From Phoronis australis (lineage: Eukaryota > Animalia > Phoronida): a DNA stretch of 64,000 nt. Below the pieces are notes generated by a model. The model was not told where the DNA came from. It worked only from the letters and a program-made list of their open reading frames with translations, and did not search any database. The position numbers and the translations under genes are program-made. Location: the NCBI GenBank assembly GCA_002633005.1, contig NMRA01000605.1, positions 1-64,000 of the forward strand. The letters are read 5' to 3'. Shown here one piece after another: positions 61,601 through 64,000 of this stretch; the first letter of the stretch is position 1, and each line of letters begins with the position of its first letter.

Positions 61601-62952
61601 GCCCTAGCTAAGGCCTGATCGCTTGAGTGCGATTTTCTACATGCCGCCGAAACGGGATACAAAGTGCTATTTTTGTTACTGCAAATGCGTTTTCAATTGT
61701 CTTTTATGTATTTCAATTTATCTTGACGTTTTTCGTGTTCTATTTTGTGACTCGAGTTTCGCAGAAGTGATCACGTGACAGATTCTGAATGATCTGAGCC
61801 ATTGTTTACAAATTTTGCCAGACTATTTTCAGTGTCCTGATGGAATTTTATTTCTTATGTCACATAGTTTCTTCGACACCAGAGTGGCTTATGAACAATT
61901 AACTCCTGTAATTACTGTTTGAAACTGAAGTTTGGCCAACTTAGGATTGTGATTGATGCATTCTATAAAGTATGTTGTTTTTTACTTTCATTTTTCCATG
62001 CTAACAGTTGGGGTATGAGCCACAGGTTTTCGTCTTGACTTTTTCCATTTGTGTTGGAATTAAAATTTTTGTTGGAATTAAATGTGTATGTATTTCAAGC
62101 TTTCTAGATGATCTATGGATCAATTTTCAATTTTTTTGTAATTTCGTATCGTAATTATAAGAATTGAAAATAATTTTATAGGTCTCCCTCAGTGCAACAA
62201 ATCAAGAATAAGCTCCAGCCACTCAGACTGCAAATTTTTCATCATTATCGTTATTATTTTAATATTAAAAAATATTTTTTGTTGCATCTAATTGCCTTCA
62301 TTGTTGTTGCTGAAATAGATATCACTGCTTAAGATGAGTGCGTTTTGCCAACACGACACAGTAACTTTCGATCTGTTGAGGTATGGTTTAGATTGAAATG
62401 TGTATTTAGGGCTGTAAAAATTTCCTCTTTTTTGTCGTGGGTCATGTCCAGGTAGTCCCAGCATTACTTAAGGAACATAAAAAGTCCGATTTATTTATTG
62501 AAACAAGGTCGGAAAATGAGAAGTGAAGTAGAGGGTTCGCACTAATTAGTGGAGTTCAAAGAATAGGCAAAAACTAGTTGTATTGAATGGAGGTCTGAAT
62601 AGAACACCACATAAAGATGCTTGCTGTGACGTAGACAAATCTTAGTCAATAAGTCTGACTGCTTGACAATTCATGGCATTGGTGTATTCAGAGTGATTGA
62701 CATAACATATTGTAGCAACCAAATTGACATGTGTTGTTGTTCAAGATAGAGTTTAATCTCACCAGTGGTGTAGACAAAATGTCTGTCAAGTTTTTTGTGT
62801 GTTGCTACAGGAGTCTAATCATGTGATTTAGCACAACTGTTGATTATATTGTTTAGTGAGGTGCATGCTTTTATTTCAGAAACTGACTGGTTTGATTGAT
62901 TCTGAGTTGGAAGAAGTGGAGACACTGATACACAAGCTGGACTCTAATGACA
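40622..62952 (+). CDS. RANBP2: E3 SUMO ligase RanBP2/Nup358, N-terminal TPR/alpha-solenoid region, first 19 exons (about 757 codons); 3' part lies beyond the window
   Basis: Phase-consistent exons 40622-40693, 42089-42156, 43150-43263, 43624-43667, 45255-45301, 45490-45549, 45914-45982, 46303-46464, 47589-47713, 48271-48400, 48950-49121, 50229-50308, 51103-51331, 51612-51870, 53468-53588, 56166-56263, 59372-59570, 60668-60817, 62880-62952. Peptides MLKTKQQVDKHVASI, LAKLYYSVKDYASAKKYL, AHKLMGQIDE, KAVESYRRSFELD, DRLCKSGYMVLSLSRG, SLHGLVWLALQ, LCRIDVQAFL and LCTYEQQDWW align by eye with the RanBP2 N-terminus. Confidence 0.9.
41273..41840. mobile_element. Decayed relative of the long-TIR MITE family in RANBP2 intron 1
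   Basis: AACTCGAACAAATACT...TTTTTCTTCGAGCA and its inverse TGCTCGAAGAAAAAGTTT...GTATTTGTTCGAG...GGTGTTCCTCTATGCGCAAAAG match parts of the 3763 and 6584 elements. Confidence 0.7.
46693..47250 (+). mobile_element. Short Penelope-like element fragment (GIY-YIG C-part) with an inverted pLTR
   Basis: CESAYIGKTGREFSVRLNEH...NKSAVSDHA...HVINLDD...RWRKESIWV*...MNRDNGGYKL. 46693-46821 is the reverse complement of 47118-47250. Confidence 0.8.
49200..49770 (-). mobile_element. Possible highly decayed non-LTR retrotransposon 3' end
   Basis: Weak minus-strand traces (…QFRIASIPYL) like the RTxRFxNSxIPY tail of CR1/L2-group ORF2. Confidence 0.3.
49975..50260 (+). repeat. 77-bp tandem x3.7 copying the RANBP2 exon 12 acceptor and exon start
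   Basis: Units start at 49975, 50052, 50129 and 50206. Each has TTGTTGCAG|G(A/G)TACATGGTACT...AGGGGTAACC. Confidence 0.95.
52171..52798. mobile_element. Helentron-associated non-autonomous element (HINE/DINE-1-like)
   Basis: T-run start TTTTTATGCGCCCAC with a nearby inverted copy GTGGGTGCAT, a TCTGTC-type tract, degenerate internal repeats (…TTTTCATGAAATTTG…) and a 3' end TTGCTCTTGT. Confidence 0.55.
53870..54470 (+). mobile_element. Decayed non-LTR retrotransposon (LINE) reverse transcriptase fragment
   Basis: EIDRCLNQMKCRKAAGAEGLPIEFFK, then after frameshifts PSQWCKGVITPLIK, TLLDVAGKIFSKILCNCL and GYSTIDNMLIL (RT domains 0-2). Confidence 0.8.
54632..55416. mobile_element. PIF/Harbinger-like MITE with TGA TSD
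   Basis: TGA|GGGCTGTACTAGTAAAATCCGTGTGGGAAGGGGGG ... CCCCCCTCCCATACAGATTTTGCTGGAACAGCCT|TGA. Confidence 0.7.
55740..56130 (-). mobile_element. AcademX-like transposon fragment (XPG/H3TH-type region)
   Basis: Minus-strand AHALSGCDTVACYFGVGK, a frameshift, then ATKFISACYG...RLQVW...APKLCVLPPTTGAFTENVKRSHYQ. Confidence 0.65.
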
Positions 62953-62987
62953 GTGAGTTACTAGTGCTCTGTAGTACTTGACCTGAG

Positions 62988-63245
62988 GGTGTACAAGGTG
63001 TTGTCACCCATCTTACTACTTAAATGATACACAAGGTGTTGTCACCCATCTTACTACCTAAATGATATACAAAGTCTTGTCACCCATCTTATTACTTAAA
63101 GGGCATACAAGGCCTTTTCACTCCTGTTATTACCTAAACAGCGTACAAGGCCTTGGTACCTCACCCATCCAAAGGACATGCATGGCCTGGGTGTGACATT
63201 TACCTACTCCAGGGGCATACAAGGCTTTGGCACCCATTCCTGCTT
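62988..63245. repeat. Degenerate about 38-bp tandem repeat, about 6 copies
   Basis: ACAAGGTGTTGTCACCCATCTTACTACTTAAATGATAC and variants, just after RANBP2 exon 19. Confidence 0.8.
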
Positions 63246-63699
63246 ACTGAAAGTGATGGGTCATTTTCCTTTAGTTCTGCTTGTCTAATTATATAATATT
63301 TTGTGATATGCATTGTAGCAGAATTATCCAAATGCCATGATCAACTACTGTTGCAAGAACACAGAGCTAGTTGTCCATTTTATACAGTCTGGGTCTGATG
63401 TAACAGACAAATATTAGCTAATCACACAGATGTGACACATACAGTATGTTTATTTGCCTTTATTTTGAGGCAAGTGTGGTGCTTCACATTTCGTTATTTC
63501 AATCTTGAAATTTTTGTTTTAGATTCTTCTTCGTTCATTCAAATGTCAGTTCTTTGTGTAAAGCATAGCACTCACTAATAAGATTTGTTATTTTGCTGGT
63601 AAATTTCCGAAAAATCTAGTGTACCGAACATCCCAAAATTGATTTTGTGATCTGCAGAAATCAGCATTTTAATTTCTTTTTTTCCAAGTGTTTTGTAAT

Positions 63700-63985
63700 T
63701 CATTGATAGTACAATTGAACAGCATTACTGTGACCTTGCTGTATTACATTGATAGTACAGTTGAGCAGCATTACAGTGACCCTGGTACATTACATGATAG
63801 TACAGTTGAACAGCATTACAGTGATGCTGGTATATTACATTCATTTGATACTACAGTTGAATAGCATTACAGTGACCCTGGTACATTACATTGATAGTAC
63901 AATTGAACAGCATTACTGTGACCTTGCTGTATTACATTGATAGTACAGTTGAACAGCATTACAGTGACCGTGGTTAATTACATTC
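63700..63985. repeat. About 45-bp minisatellite, about 6 copies
   Basis: CATTGATAGTACA(A/G)TTGAACAGCATTAC(T/A)GTGACC repeats. Confidence 0.9.
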
Positions 63986-64000
63986 ACTCACCAATAACGT

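Overview
This is eukaryotic, intron-rich, AT-rich animal (invertebrate-like) genomic DNA with three assembly gaps. Most entries in the six-frame ORF track are spurious; the real genes are split into short GT-AG exons, which I reconstructed by hand. (1) Complete TUBGCP3/GCP3 on + (24 coding exons, 6391-26648, 910 aa). (2) Complete FAM122/PABIR-family PP2A-B55 inhibitor on - (8 exons, 39704-30747, about 367 aa), tail-to-tail with TUBGCP3. (3) The first 19 exons of RANBP2/Nup358 on + (from 40622, running out of the window), head-to-head with FAM122. A possible first exon of a fourth, divergent gene lies at 6031-5984. Introns carry many mobile-element relics: two 5'-truncated Penelope-like elements with inverted pLTRs and decayed hammerhead-like motifs, long-TIR MITEs with a 9-bp TSD (AcademH- or Mutator-like), an AcademX-like XPG fragment, THAP-bearing Kolobok-like and ISL2EU-like derivatives, Tc1/pogo-, Harbinger- and Helentron-like non-autonomous elements, LINE fragments and minisatellites. 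The most unusual signal is repeated tandem duplication across exon-intron junctions, which multiplies splice sites in both TUBGCP3 and RANBP2. Gene and family names come from recognising motifs, not from database searches. I found no clear wholly new multi-gene system.
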